Positions 28,385 through 38,076 of a DNA stretch of 64,000 bases are shown piece after piece (position 1 is the stretch's first letter; each line of letters opens with the position of its first letter). This stretch comes from an uncultured Eubacteriales bacterium (GTDB taxonomy: Bacteria; Bacillota; Clostridia; Oscillospirales; CAG-272), in the NCBI GenBank assembly GCA_900545935.1, contig URAP01000006.1, positions 2,669 through 66,668 on the forward strand. Direction: 5' to 3'. Both the position numbers and the translations under genes were made by a program. The notes beneath the pieces were generated by a model, which searched no databases, was not told the origin of the DNA, and was given only the letters and a program-made list of their open reading frames with translations.

Positions 28385-29289
28385 ATGTAAAGCTGTGCGG
28401 CATCGAGCTCGATAATCCGATAATTCCCGCCTCGGGGACCTTCGGCTACGGCTACGAGTTTGCCGAATACTACGATATAAACTGCCTCGGTAGCTTCTCC
28501 TTCAAGGGAACGACCGCCGAGCCGCGTTTCGGAAATCCCACACCGCGCATAGCAGAAACACCGAGCGGAATGCTGAACGCGGTCGGACTTCAGAATCCGG
28601 GAGTGGAGAGGGTGATAAGCGAGGAGCTTCCGCGCCTTGCCCGCTGCTTTCATAAGCCCGTCATGGCGAATGTCAGCGGCTTCTCGATAGACGAGTACCG
28701 ATATGTGTGCGAGTTGCTGGGCAGAGAGGAGCAGGTCGGCTGGCTCGAGGTGAACATCAGCTGCCCGAATGTTCACGGCGGCGGTATGAGCTTCGGCACC
28801 GACCCGCATGCTGCAGAGGCTGTTACACGCGCGGTGCGTGAGGTGACGGGCAAGCCGATAATAATGAAGCTCTCGCCGAATGTGACCGACATTACCGAGA
28901 TAGCCCGTGCCTGCGAGAGCGGGGGAGCGGACGGAATAAGTCTTATAAATACCGTGCTCGGAATGCGCATTGACCTTGCCCGCCGCCGTCCGCTGCTCGC
29001 GAATGTCACGGGCGGACTGTCAGGCAGCGCACTGCTGCCGATAGCGATAAGAATGGTGTATCAGGTTTCCCGCGCGGTCTCGGTGCCGGTCGTCGGACTC
29101 GGCGGTGTGTCAAGCGCGGAGGACGTTATCGAGATGATGCTCGCAGGTGCGACCGCAGTCGAGGTCGGTGCCGCGAATCTTATCGACCCTTACGCCTGCA
29201 AAAACATTATCGAGGCTCTGCCCGCGACAATGGACAAATACGGAATAGAAAACCTTACAGATATTATAGGAGGATGTCACAATGAATAA
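28372..29289 (+). CDS. pyrD: Dihydroorotate dehydrogenase 1B catalytic subunit
   Basis: NPIIPASGTFGYG and NISCPN motifs. The gene overlaps the pyrK stop. Confidence 0.9.
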   Translation: MGRLNVKLCGIELDNPIIPASGTFGYGYEFAEYYDINCLGSFSFKGTTAEPRFGNPTPRIAETPSGMLNAVGLQNPGVERVISEELPRLARCFHKPVMANVSGFSIDEYRYVCELLGREEQVGWLEVNISCPNVHGGGMSFGTDPHAAEAVTRAVREVTGKPIIMKLSPNVTDITEIARACESGGADGISLINTVLGMRIDLARRRPLLANVTGGLSGSALLPIAIRMVYQVSRAVSVPVVGLGGVSSAEDVIEMMLAGATAVEVGAANLIDPYACKNIIEALPATMDKYGIENLTDIIGGCHNE

Positions 29290-30013
29290 GGACGTAATTA
29301 TTGCCTGCGATTTCCCCGGAGCCGCTCAGACGTATGCTTTTCTCGACCTCTTTACCGAGGAAAAGCCGTTCGTCAAGATCGGAATGGAGCTGTTCTACTC
29401 GGCGGGACCCGATATCGTCCGCGAGATAAAGCGCCGCGGGCACAAGATATTTCTTGATCTCAAGCTGCATGACATCCCCAACACGGTCGGGCGTTCGATG
29501 GCTGTGCTCTCGGGGCTCGATGTCGATATCTGCAATCTTCACGCCGCAGGCGGCAGCGAGATGATGCGCGCAGCGGTAAAGGGGCTGACACGTGAGGACG
29601 GCAGCAGACCGCTGCTCATCGCGGTAACGATGCTGACCTCGATAGACGAGGAGAGAATGAACGGCGAGCTCGGTATTCCGGGTGCGCTGCCCGACACGGT
29701 CATGAGGTACGCGCTGTGCGCACGCGACGCGGGACTCGACGGTGTTGTCTGCTCCCCGCTTGAAGCGCAGGCGGTGCACGAGACGTGCGGCGAGAGCTTT
29801 CTTACCGTGACCCCCGGAATACGCTTCTCGGGCGGTGCGGAGGGCGACCAGAAGCGGGTGACCACACCCGCCCGCGCCCGCGAGATAGGCTCGGATTACA
29901 TAGTCGTCGGCAGACCGATAACCGCAGCCGCCGACCCCGTAGAGGCATACCGCCGCTGCGTGCGCGAGTTTATCGGCAGAGCGACAGCGGATGCAGCGCG
30001 GAACGCGCGGTGA
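29282..30013 (+). CDS. pyrF: Orotidine 5'-phosphate decarboxylase
   Basis: IIACDF and FLDLKLHDIPNTV motifs. Confidence 0.9.
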   Translation: MNKDVIIACDFPGAAQTYAFLDLFTEEKPFVKIGMELFYSAGPDIVREIKRRGHKIFLDLKLHDIPNTVGRSMAVLSGLDVDICNLHAAGGSEMMRAAVKGLTREDGSRPLLIAVTMLTSIDEERMNGELGIPGALPDTVMRYALCARDAGLDGVVCSPLEAQAVHETCGESFLTVTPGIRFSGGAEGDQKRVTTPARAREIGSDYIVVGRPITAAADPVEAYRRCVREFIGRATADAARNAR

Positions 30014-30113
30014 GGGCTGCGCGGTGAGAGCCGTGCGGCAGAGCTTGACAAATACAGTAACAAACAAGGCAATATAAACGGAGTGCGGCGATGCCGCAAG
30101 GAGGAGAAGAGAG

Positions 30114-30773
30114 ATGCAGAAAACAAATCTGACGCAGAGACTGATAGCGACCGATCTTTTGTCGATAGGCGCGGTGTTCTTCCGTCCCGACGAGCCCTTT
30201 ACATGGGCGAGCGGTATCAAGAGTCCGGTATACTGCGATAACCGCCTGACCCTGACCGCTCCGGGCGTTCGCGGCGATATCGAGAACGGACTTGCCGCTC
30301 TCATCCGCGAAAATTATCCAGATGCAGAGGCGCTGATGGGCACATCCACCGCAGGCATCGCGCATGCAGCAATTACCGCGCATCTGCTCGATCTGCCGAT
30401 GGGCTATGTCCGCAGCGGCGCAAAGGATCACGGCAGACAGAACCGCATCGAGGGCAAGCTCGAGCGCGGACAGCGCGTTGTAGTTGTCGAGGATCTTATC
30501 TCCACCGGCGGCAGCGTTATCGAGGTGGTCGATGCACTGCGCGAGGCGGGTGCAGAGGTGCTCGGAGTCGTCAGCATCTTTACATACGGAATGCAGCGCG
30601 GACTCGACCGTCTTGCGGAGGCGAAGGTCAAAAACATCTCGCTGACTAATTTCGACGTTATCGCGGAGGTCGCTGCGGAGCTCGGCTATATCAAGAATGA
30701 GGATATTGCGCGCCTTATCGCCTTCCGCAACAACCCGTCCGACGAGAGCTGGATAGGAGGTGCGGACAGATGA
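30114..30773 (+). CDS. pyrE: Orotate phosphoribosyltransferase
   Basis: PRPP-binding [13 protein letters not shown] motif. Confidence 0.9.
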   Translation: MQKTNLTQRLIATDLLSIGAVFFRPDEPFTWASGIKSPVYCDNRLTLTAPGVRGDIENGLAALIRENYPDAEALMGTSTAGIAHAAITAHLLDLPMGYVRSGAKDHGRQNRIEGKLERGQRVVVVEDLISTGGSVIEVVDALREAGAEVLGVVSIFTYGMQRGLDRLAEAKVKNISLTNFDVIAEVAAELGYIKNEDIARLIAFRNNPSDESWIGGADR

Positions 30774-31687
30774 GAAGCCTTATCGACATAATGGAGCTGT
30801 CGACCGATGAAATAGAGGGGCTGATAAATACGGCGCTTGACATTATCGACAAGCCCGAAAAATACAACGAGTGCTGTCGTCACCGCAAGCTCGCGACGCT
30901 GTTCTTCGAGCCCTCGACCCGTACCCGTCTGAGCTTTGAGGCGGCAATGTACGAGCTCGGCGGCAATGTTATCGGCTTCTCCGAGGCAGCATCGAGCTCG
31001 GCTTCCAAGGGCGAGAGCGTCGCGGATACCGTCCGCGTAGTCAGCTGCTATGCGGACATCATCGCAATGCGTCATCCTAAGGAGGGTGCGCCGCTAGTTG
31101 CGGCACGCAATGCGACCGTTCCGATAATCAACGCAGGCGACGGCGGACACAACCATCCGACGCAGACACTCGCCGATCTGCTCACCATCCGCCGCGAAAA
31201 GGGCGGCTTTGAGGGGCTGACCATCGGACTGTGCGGAGACCTGAAGTTCGGACGCACCGTTCATTCGCTCATCCATGCAATGTCGAGATATGCGGGCGTG
31301 AAGTTCGTGCTCATCTCGCCCGAGGAGCTGCGCGTTCCCCGCTACATCATCTCGGAGGTGCTCGAGCGCGGCGGTATACCGTATGCCGAGACCACGAGCC
31401 TTGAGGAGGCAATGCCGGAGCTTGATATTCTCTATATGACCCGCGTACAGAAGGAGCGCTTCTTTAATGAGGCGGACTACTTGCGTCTGAAGGACAGCTA
31501 CATCCTGACCCCGGAAAAGCTGCGCGGAGCACGCAGCGATATGTCGGTGCTGCATCCGCTGCCGAGAGTAAACGAGATATCGGTTGCGGTCGACGACGAC
31601 CCGCGCGCCTGCTATTTCAAGCAGGTACTGTGCGGCAAATATATGCGCATGGCGCTTATTCTCAAGCTGCTGGAGGTACAGATATGA
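30770..31687 (+). CDS. pyrB: Aspartate carbamoyltransferase catalytic subunit
   Basis: FFEPSTRTR and HPTQ motifs. Confidence 0.95.
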   Translation: MRSLIDIMELSTDEIEGLINTALDIIDKPEKYNECCRHRKLATLFFEPSTRTRLSFEAAMYELGGNVIGFSEAASSSASKGESVADTVRVVSCYADIIAMRHPKEGAPLVAARNATVPIINAGDGGHNHPTQTLADLLTIRREKGGFEGLTIGLCGDLKFGRTVHSLIHAMSRYAGVKFVLISPEELRVPRYIISEVLERGGIPYAETTSLEEAMPELDILYMTRVQKERFFNEADYLRLKDSYILTPEKLRGARSDMSVLHPLPRVNEISVAVDDDPRACYFKQVLCGKYMRMALILKLLEVQI

Positions 31688-32112
31688 TAATCGGACAGAT
31701 AAGAGACGGGATAGTTCTCGACCATATCACGGCGGGAAACGGTATCAGGATATATGACATTCTCGGGCTCGGAAAGCTCGACTGCACCGTTGCTATGATA
31801 AAGAACGCCGATAGCTCAAAGATGGGCAAGAAGGACATCATCAAGGTCGGGCAGGTCATCGACCTCGACTTTGCCGTGCTCGGTTATATAGATCCCGGCA
31901 TCACCGTCAACATCATCCGCGACGGAAAGCTGCTCAAGCGCGAGCATCTTTCGCTGCCCGAGCGCGTTACGGGCATAATCAAGTGCAAAAATCCCCGTTG
32001 CATCACCTCCTGCGAGCAGGAGCTTGAGCAGGAGTTCAGACTGACCGACCGCGAGAACAAGGTATACCGCTGTGTTTACTGCGACAGTGAGGCGCCACGC
32101 GACGCAGAATAA
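31684..32112 (+). CDS. pyrI: Aspartate carbamoyltransferase regulatory subunit
   Basis: ATG at 31684 in an ATGA overlap with the pyrB stop. C-terminal Zn motif CxxxxC...CxyC ([11 protein letters not shown]...YRCVYCD). Confidence 0.85.
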   Translation: MIIGQIRDGIVLDHITAGNGIRIYDILGLGKLDCTVAMIKNADSSKMGKKDIIKVGQVIDLDFAVLGYIDPGITVNIIRDGKLLKREHLSLPERVTGIIKCKNPRCITSCEQELEQEFRLTDRENKVYRCVYCDSEAPRDAE

Positions 32113-32147
32113 AAGGCAGCCGCATACATAAGCATAAGGAGAAGAAA

Positions 32148-35100
32148 ATGAAGAGAACCGATATAAAGAAGATACTTATCATAGGCTCCGGTCCTATCGT
32201 CATAGGTCAGGCAGCCGAGTTTGACTATGCGGGCACACAGGCATGCCTTGCGCTCAAGGAGGAGGGCTACGAGGTCATTCTCATCAACTCAAACCCCGCG
32301 ACGATAATGACCGATACCACCATTGCCGACAAGGTGTACATGGAGCCGCTTACGCTTGAATATGTAGCAAAGATAATCCGTTACGAGCGCCCCGACGCGA
32401 TAGTTCCCGGCATCGGCGGACAGACCGGTCTTAACCTTGCAATGCAGCTCGAGAAGAAGGGCATCCTCCGCGAATGCGGTGTTGAGCTGCTCGGTACGAG
32501 CAGCGAGAGCATCGAGCGCGCAGAGGACAGAGAACTGTTCAAGGAGATGTGCGAGTCGATAGGCGAGCCTGTCATCCCGTCCGAGATAACCTATAATATC
32601 GAGGAGGCGAGAGCCGCGGCAGAGCGCATCGGCTACCCGATAGTTCTGCGTCCCGCGTTCACTCTCGGAGGTACTGGCGGCGGCTTTGCCGAGAATGCTG
32701 CGGAGCTTGAGGAGCTTGCTCCGAATGCGTTCGCACTCTCTCCCGTTCATCAGGTGCTCATCGAGAAGAGCGTCAAGGGCTATAAGGAGATAGAGTTCGA
32801 GGTAATGCGCGACGGCGACGATAACGCCATCCCGATCTGCGGCATGGAAAATGTCGACCCGGTCGGCGTTCACACCGGCGACTCAATCGTCGTTGCACCC
32901 ATTCTCTCGCTCTCCGACAGCGACCGCGACATGCTCTGCGACAGTGCGCTGCGCATCATCCGTGAACTCAAGATATCCGGCGGCTGCAATGTCCAGTTTG
33001 CGCTCGATCCCTGCTCGAGCCGCTATTATCTCATCGAGGTCAATCCGAGAGTTTCTCGCTCCTCCGCGCTTGCCTCCAAAGCGAGCGGTTATCCCATCGC
33101 GCGCGTTACCGCAAAGATAGCGGTCGGCATGACCCTTGCCGAGATACCCGTTGCGGGCGGCACGGCAGCTATCGCTCCGAGCCTCGACTATATCGTTGCA
33201 AAGTTCCCGCGCTTCCCGTTCGATAAGTTTACTACCGTTCCGAATACTCTCGGTACGCAGATGAAGGCAACGGGCGAGGTCATGGGTATCGGCTCGACCC
33301 TTGAGGAGTGCTTCCTTAAATCGGTCCGTTCGCTCGAGATAGGTGTGTGCCATCTCCGTCTCGAGCGCTTCGATTCGGTAGGCAGCGCTGAGCTGCTGTC
33401 ATACGTTTCGGTATTCCATGACGACAATATATATGCGATAGCGGAGCTCTTGCGCCGCGGCGAGAGCATCGAGCGTCTGCATAAGGCTACCATGATAACC
33501 GAGCTGTTTCTCGAGTGTATCGCGCGCATCGTTGATATGGAGAAGAAGCTCGCTGCCGCGCCGAACGATCTCGCGCTGCTGCGCGAGGCAAAGATCATGG
33601 GCTTCTCGGATAAGTACATCGCACTGCTCTGGAACCTCCCCGAGATTGATGTATACAAGCTGCGCCGCGAAAGCGGTATCATCCCCGCGTTCCGCATGGT
33701 CGATACCCTCCACACCGGCAGCTACATAGCATATCTCTATTCCTCCTACACCGGCGAGAATCAGTCCCGCCTTACCGATAAAAAGAAGATAGTCGTGCTC
33801 GGCGCGGGTCCTATCCGTATCGGTCAGGGCGTCGAGTTTGACTACTCCACCGTTCACGCGGTGCAGACCATTCGCCGCGCGGGCTACGAGGCTATCATCA
33901 TCAATAACAACCCCGAGACGGTCTCCACCGACTATACCACATCGGACAAGCTCTATTTCGAGCCGCTCACTCCCGAGGATGTTATGGCTATCATCGACTA
34001 TGAGCAGCCTGACGGCGTTATCGCCTCGCTCGGCGGTCAGACGGCTATTAACCTTGCGCAGCCGCTCGCAGAGCGCGGTGTTAAGATAATCGGCACCGAC
34101 TGTGAGGCTATCGAGCGTGCAGAGAACCGCAAGAGCTTCGAGCGCATTCTTCGCGAGCTCTGTATCCCACAGCCGCAGGGCAGGGCGGTCACTAATGTCG
34201 AGGACGGAATCCGCGCCGCCGCAGAGATCGGCTACCCCGTGCTTGTACGGCCGAGCTTTGTTCTCGGCGGCAGAGCTATGGAGATAGTGGCGAATGAGGA
34301 GATGCTCCGCCATTACCTCAAGACTGCGGTCGAGGTCGATACCGACAAGCCCGTGCTTGTCGATCACTATATCCAGGGTAAGGAGGTCGAGGTCGACGCG
34401 GTCTGCGACGGTCACGACGTATTTGTTCCCGGTATAATGGAGCTTGTCGAGCGTACGGGCGTACATTCGGGCGACTCCATCAGTGTTTATCCGTCCTATT
34501 CCATCTCGGATAAGGTCAAGGGTACCATCCTCGGCTACGCAAAGAAGCTCGGACTCGGCATCGGTATCGTAGGTTTGTACAACATCCAGTTTATCGTTGA
34601 CGAGCACGACGATGTTTATATTATCGAGGTCAACCCGCGCTCCTCGCGTACCGTACCGTTCCTCTCCAAGGCAACCGGCTACTCGCTCGCCGATATTGCG
34701 ACCGATGTCATACTCGGCAAGAGCCTCAAGGAGCAGGGTATCTTCGGCATCTATCCCGATGAAAAGAGCCGCCACTACGTTAAGGCGCCCGTGTTCTCGT
34801 CCGGCAAGCTCAAGGGTCTGGATTTCTATCTCTCCCCCGAGATGAAGTCTACGGGCGAAGCTATCGGCTACGACCGCTCGCTCTCCCGCGCGATGTATAA
34901 GGCGCTTCAGGCATCGGGCATGAAGCTGCAGAACTACGGCACCGTTGTCGTTACCCTTGCCGACGAGGACAAGGAGGAGGCGCTCCCGATGGTGCGCAGC
35001 TTCTACAATATGGGCTTTAACATCGCCGCTACCGTGGGTACGGCGGAATTCCTCAAGAAGAACGGCATCCGCACACATAAGCTCGGTAAGATATCCGAGG

Positions 35101-35321
35101 GCAGCAACGAGATACTTGATTTCATCCGATCCGGCTTTGTCAGCTATGTTATCAACACACGTGCGATATCCTCCGGCGTTCACTATAAGGACGGCGGCGA
35201 GATACGCCGCTGCGCGACCGAAAACGGTGTTACTATCTTTACATCGCTCGATACCGTGCGCATCGTCACCGAGGTGCTTGAAGAAATGACAATTTCGGTA
35301 TCTACTATAGATGCCGAGTAA
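32148..35321 (+). CDS. carB: Carbamoyl-phosphate synthase large subunit
   Basis: 1057 aa with two ATP-grasp halves (ILIIGSGPIVIGQAAEFDY / IVVLGAGPIRIGQGVEFDY) and an MGS-like C-terminus. Confidence 0.95.
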   Translation: MKRTDIKKILIIGSGPIVIGQAAEFDYAGTQACLALKEEGYEVILINSNPATIMTDTTIADKVYMEPLTLEYVAKIIRYERPDAIVPGIGGQTGLNLAMQLEKKGILRECGVELLGTSSESIERAEDRELFKEMCESIGEPVIPSEITYNIEEARAAAERIGYPIVLRPAFTLGGTGGGFAENAAELEELAPNAFALSPVHQVLIEKSVKGYKEIEFEVMRDGDDNAIPICGMENVDPVGVHTGDSIVVAPILSLSDSDRDMLCDSALRIIRELKISGGCNVQFALDPCSSRYYLIEVNPRVSRSSALASKASGYPIARVTAKIAVGMTLAEIPVAGGTAAIAPSLDYIVAKFPRFPFDKFTTVPNTLGTQMKATGEVMGIGSTLEECFLKSVRSLEIGVCHLRLERFDSVGSAELLSYVSVFHDDNIYAIAELLRRGESIERLHKATMITELFLECIARIVDMEKKLAAAPNDLALLREAKIMGFSDKYIALLWNLPEIDVYKLRRESGIIPAFRMVDTLHTGSYIAYLYSSYTGENQSRLTDKKKIVVLGAGPIRIGQGVEFDYSTVHAVQTIRRAGYEAIIINNNPETVSTDYTTSDKLYFEPLTPEDVMAIIDYEQPDGVIASLGGQTAINLAQPLAERGVKIIGTDCEAIERAENRKSFERILRELCIPQPQGRAVTNVEDGIRAAAEIGYPVLVRPSFVLGGRAMEIVANEEMLRHYLKTAVEVDTDKPVLVDHYIQGKEVEVDAVCDGHDVFVPGIMELVERTGVHSGDSISVYPSYSISDKVKGTILGYAKKLGLGIGIVGLYNIQFIVDEHDDVYIIEVNPRSSRTVPFLSKATGYSLADIATDVILGKSLKEQGIFGIYPDEKSRHYVKAPVFSSGKLKGLDFYLSPEMKSTGEAIGYDRSLSRAMYKALQASGMKLQNYGTVVVTLADEDKEEALPMVRSFYNMGFNIAATVGTAEFLKKNGIRTHKLGKISEGSNEILDFIRSGFVSYVINTRAISSGVHYKDGGEIRRCATENGVTIFTSLDTVRIVTEVLEEMTISVSTIDAE

Positions 35322-35347
35322 TTCGGCACCATACTGCATAATATCTC

Positions 35348-35385
35348 ATCCGCCGCAGGCTTTTTACGGTCTGCGGCGGATCTTT
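35348..35385 (+). terminator. Terminator of the pyr operon after carB
   Basis: ATCCGCCGCAG-12 nt-CTGCGGCGGAT followed by CTTT. Confidence 0.6.
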
Positions 35386-35505
35386 AGTTTCATCACGCTT
35401 AATTGTGAAACACAGCCCCTGTTCAAATTCCGCGCAGGTTCCATTCGCCCTGACACATTAACCCTGCGGTAAATTGTTACGTTTTTTCGGTTCGGCGTGA
35501 AAAGG

Positions 35506-35534
35506 TTGACGGCGGGAGTGCTGTTTGGTATAAT
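35506..35534 (+). promoter_or_regulatory. Promoter of the DUF1538 / PII-like operon
   Basis: TTGACG, a 17-nt spacer, then TGgTATAAT. Confidence 0.6.
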
Positions 35535-35586
35535 AAAGAAGTATAATACATCAGAGAGATATACCGCAGACGGATGTCATGGAGCT

Positions 35587-35685
35587 ATGTGTGAATGCTG
35601 TTGCCTATATATACTGTGCTGTTGTATGATGAAAGTAAGCCGATATGCCGACGAAAGGCGAGAACCGAAAGGAGACGATAGATGA
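35587..35685 (+). CDS. Candidate 32-codon Cys/Met-rich upstream ORF (MCECCCLYILCCCMMKVSRYADERREPKGDDR)
   Basis: It lies inside the roughly 140-nt leader downstream of the 35506-35534 promoter. There are 7 Cys and 3 Met codons in the first 15 codons. The stop TGA (35683-35685) overlaps the ATG (35682-35684) of the next gene. The only SD is GGAG, 2 nt from the ATG, which is poor. Confidence 0.3.
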   Translation: MCECCCLYILCCCMMKVSRYADERREPKGDDR

Positions 35686-37244
35686 AGCTGCTGAAGCTCG
35701 GAAACCGTAATATACCCGCCCTTGAGCGAACCCGTACCGCGCTGACCGAAAAGCTGCGCGAGTCTGCGCTGTCGGTGCTGCCGATAATGCTGATAGTAAC
35801 GCTGCTCTGCCTATGCATAGCACCGATGCAGCCGGAGCTGCTGCTCTCATTTCTTTTGGGCACGGTCATGCTCGTGGTCGGAATGGGACTGTTTTCGCTC
35901 GGGGCGGAGCACTCGATGACCGAGATAGGAAACAAGATAGGAACGGCGCTGACGCGGACGAGAAATCTTCCGCTCATACTCGGCGTGTCGTTTATTCTCG
36001 GCTTTGCGATAACGATAGCCGAGCCGGATCTTCAGGTGCTCGCGGACACCGTTCCGCATATCGACAGCACGGTTCTGCTTGCTGTCGTTGGCGCGGGTGT
36101 TGGGCTGTTCATGTCGGTGTGCATGCTCCGCATAATGTACGGTGTCAGGCTCAGATGGGTGCTGCTCGGAAGCTATGCCGTCGTTTTTCTGCTCGCATCG
36201 CTCACCGACCCGCGCTTTCTTTCCATCGCCTTTGATTCGGGCGGAGTCACAACGGGACCGATGACCGTACCGTTCATACTTGCACTTGGCGTGGGAGTTT
36301 CAAATGTGCGAAGTGACGACCGCGCGGAAGCGGACAGCTTCGGACTTGTCGCGCTTTGCTCGATAGGTCCGATAATCGCCGTTATGTTGCTCGGGCTTCT
36401 CGTTGGTGACAGCGAGGGCGCATTCGAACTTGTATCTGCAAGCTACGGCAGCACCGTTGAAATAGGTCGGGGCTTTATCTCGGCGCTGCCCGTTTACATC
36501 AGGGAGACGGCGGTCGCTATGCTGCCGATAATCGCTATCTTTCTGATATTTCAGCTGCTCGTTTTTCGCATGAGCCGTCGGAGATTCCTTTCGGTGCTGT
36601 TCGGTATAGCGTATACATACGTCGGGCTCGTTCTGTTTCTCACGGGCGTAAACGTCGGCTTTTCCGCGCTCGGTGCGGCACTCGGCGCTGCTATGACCGA
36701 GGGGTGGCTGAGGTATCTGCTTATCCCGCTGTCGGCGCTGCTCGGATGGTTCATTATCTCGGCTGAGCCTGCGGTCGCAGTGCTCGAGCATCAGATAGAA
36801 GAGGTCAGTGCGGGCGCGATATCAGGCAAGGTCATAAAGCGCAGCCTGTCGTTCGCGATAGCTCTCGCAATGGCGCTCTCAATGCTGCGCGTTATGACCG
36901 GAATATCGCTGCTCTGGTTTACTGTGCCCGGCTATGCCGCCTCGCTCCTGCTGTCGTTCTTCGTGCCTGACATATATACCGCCATTGCATTCGATTCGGG
37001 CGGTGTCGCATCGGGTCCGATGACCGCAACCTTTATGCTTCGCTTTATGATGGGCGCGAGTCTCGCGCTCGGCGGGGATGTGCTGTCGGATGCTTTCGGA
37101 ATAGTCGCGCTTGTCGCAATGATGCCGCTGCTGTCTATACAGCTCGTCGGTTTTTACTACGGCAGGATCGCGCCGAAGCGTCAGCCCGAGACCGAGAGCT
37201 ACGGCGATTACGATATTATCGAGCTGTGGGAGGAGTCCGCATGA
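35682..37244 (+). CDS. DUF1538-type polytopic membrane protein (internally duplicated)
   Basis: AAGGAG SD at 35669-35674. Two homologous halves share AEPDLQVL/AEPAVAVL, IAFDSGGVTTGPMTVPF/IAFDSGGVASGPMTATF and DSFGLVAL/DAFGIVAL. Confidence 0.85.
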   Translation: MKLLKLGNRNIPALERTRTALTEKLRESALSVLPIMLIVTLLCLCIAPMQPELLLSFLLGTVMLVVGMGLFSLGAEHSMTEIGNKIGTALTRTRNLPLILGVSFILGFAITIAEPDLQVLADTVPHIDSTVLLAVVGAGVGLFMSVCMLRIMYGVRLRWVLLGSYAVVFLLASLTDPRFLSIAFDSGGVTTGPMTVPFILALGVGVSNVRSDDRAEADSFGLVALCSIGPIIAVMLLGLLVGDSEGAFELVSASYGSTVEIGRGFISALPVYIRETAVAMLPIIAIFLIFQLLVFRMSRRRFLSVLFGIAYTYVGLVLFLTGVNVGFSALGAALGAAMTEGWLRYLLIPLSALLGWFIISAEPAVAVLEHQIEEVSAGAISGKVIKRSLSFAIALAMALSMLRVMTGISLLWFTVPGYAASLLLSFFVPDIYTAIAFDSGGVASGPMTATFMLRFMMGASLALGGDVLSDAFGIVALVAMMPLLSIQLVGFYYGRIAPKRQPETESYGDYDIIELWEESA

Positions 37245-37906
37245 ACTATGTTATTTCGATAACCAAGCCCGAGGCGATGCCGCATCTTGAGCAGCTCTGC
37301 AGCGAGCTGTCCGTTCCGATATGCGTGAGTATGCACGGCAGAGGAACGGCGACGGGAAGTATGCGCGAGCTGCTCGGAATAGAGTCGAGCGAGCGGCAGG
37401 TAATGCTGTCGGTCGCATCGCGTGAGAAAACAAGGGTGCTTATAGAGGAGCAGCGACGCAGACTGCATCTCGGTGTACCGGGGCACGGGATAGTCATCGC
37501 CGTGCCGATAAAAAGCGTAGGAGGAGGCAAGACAATGGCAATGCTGAGAGGAAACGAGCCGATGGAAAAGAGCGCGCCGCCGCAGAGCTGCTCGCACGAG
37601 CTGATAGTGATAATTGCGGGCAAGGGGCAGACCGATCGCGTTATGAACGCAGCCCGCGAGGCGGGAGCACGCGGCGGTACCGTGCTGCACGGAAAGGGCA
37701 CAGGCAGCGGTGCGGAGAAATTTCATAATATCTCCATTGCCGAGGAGAAGGAGGTAATTCTCATCGTCTCCGATACCGAAAATAAGGCCGCCATCATGCG
37801 CGCCGTGCTCATGATGGCGGGACCCGATACCGAGTCGGGCGCGGTGGTCTTTTCGCTGCCGACGACCGCGGTCGCGGGCTTCGGCTTTCCCGATACCGAG
37901 CTGTGA
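37241..37906 (+). CDS. Tandem PII-like (GlnB-fold) domain protein
   Basis: ATG at 37241 in an ATGA overlap with the upstream stop, with a GGGAGGAG SD. The second half (ELIVIIAGKGQTDRVMNAAREAGARGGTVLHGKGTG...EVILIVSD...GAVVFSLP) follows the PII beta-alpha-beta pattern. The first half is a diverged copy. Confidence 0.75.
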   Translation: MNYVISITKPEAMPHLEQLCSELSVPICVSMHGRGTATGSMRELLGIESSERQVMLSVASREKTRVLIEEQRRRLHLGVPGHGIVIAVPIKSVGGGKTMAMLRGNEPMEKSAPPQSCSHELIVIIAGKGQTDRVMNAAREAGARGGTVLHGKGTGSGAEKFHNISIAEEKEVILIVSDTENKAAIMRAVLMMAGPDTESGAVVFSLPTTAVAGFGFPDTEL

Positions 37907-38076
37907 GATGATAATTTTGCTGTTATTTCGGAGTATTTATGCATATATCGTGCAATTATTAATTCGCAGATGCGCGCTTAATATGTCTATCAAGACGTGA
38001 CGGCATTGTCTTAGATTAATAGAAACGAAAAAATGTGTAATACTAAATATGTGTGCCATGCGGCAGGGAGGAAAAA

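Noticed and set aside
33399-35339. Very long antisense ORFs opposite well-supported genes. Examples: 646 aa opposite carB; also 2573-3616 opposite gap, 9429-10859 opposite the binding protein, 25022-25906 opposite rbsK, 29264-30304 opposite pyrF, 42646-43917 opposite putP, 48084-49478 opposite GH2, 52717-53979 opposite the c-di-GMP gene, 61898-62908 opposite glnA, and 63309-63875 opposite topB.
   Set aside because: These are mirror-frame ORFs typical of GC-rich coding DNA. Their translations are Arg/Ala/Gly/Leu-rich and low in complexity, they have no SD or promoter, and in every case the opposite strand encodes a protein with unmistakable family motifs.
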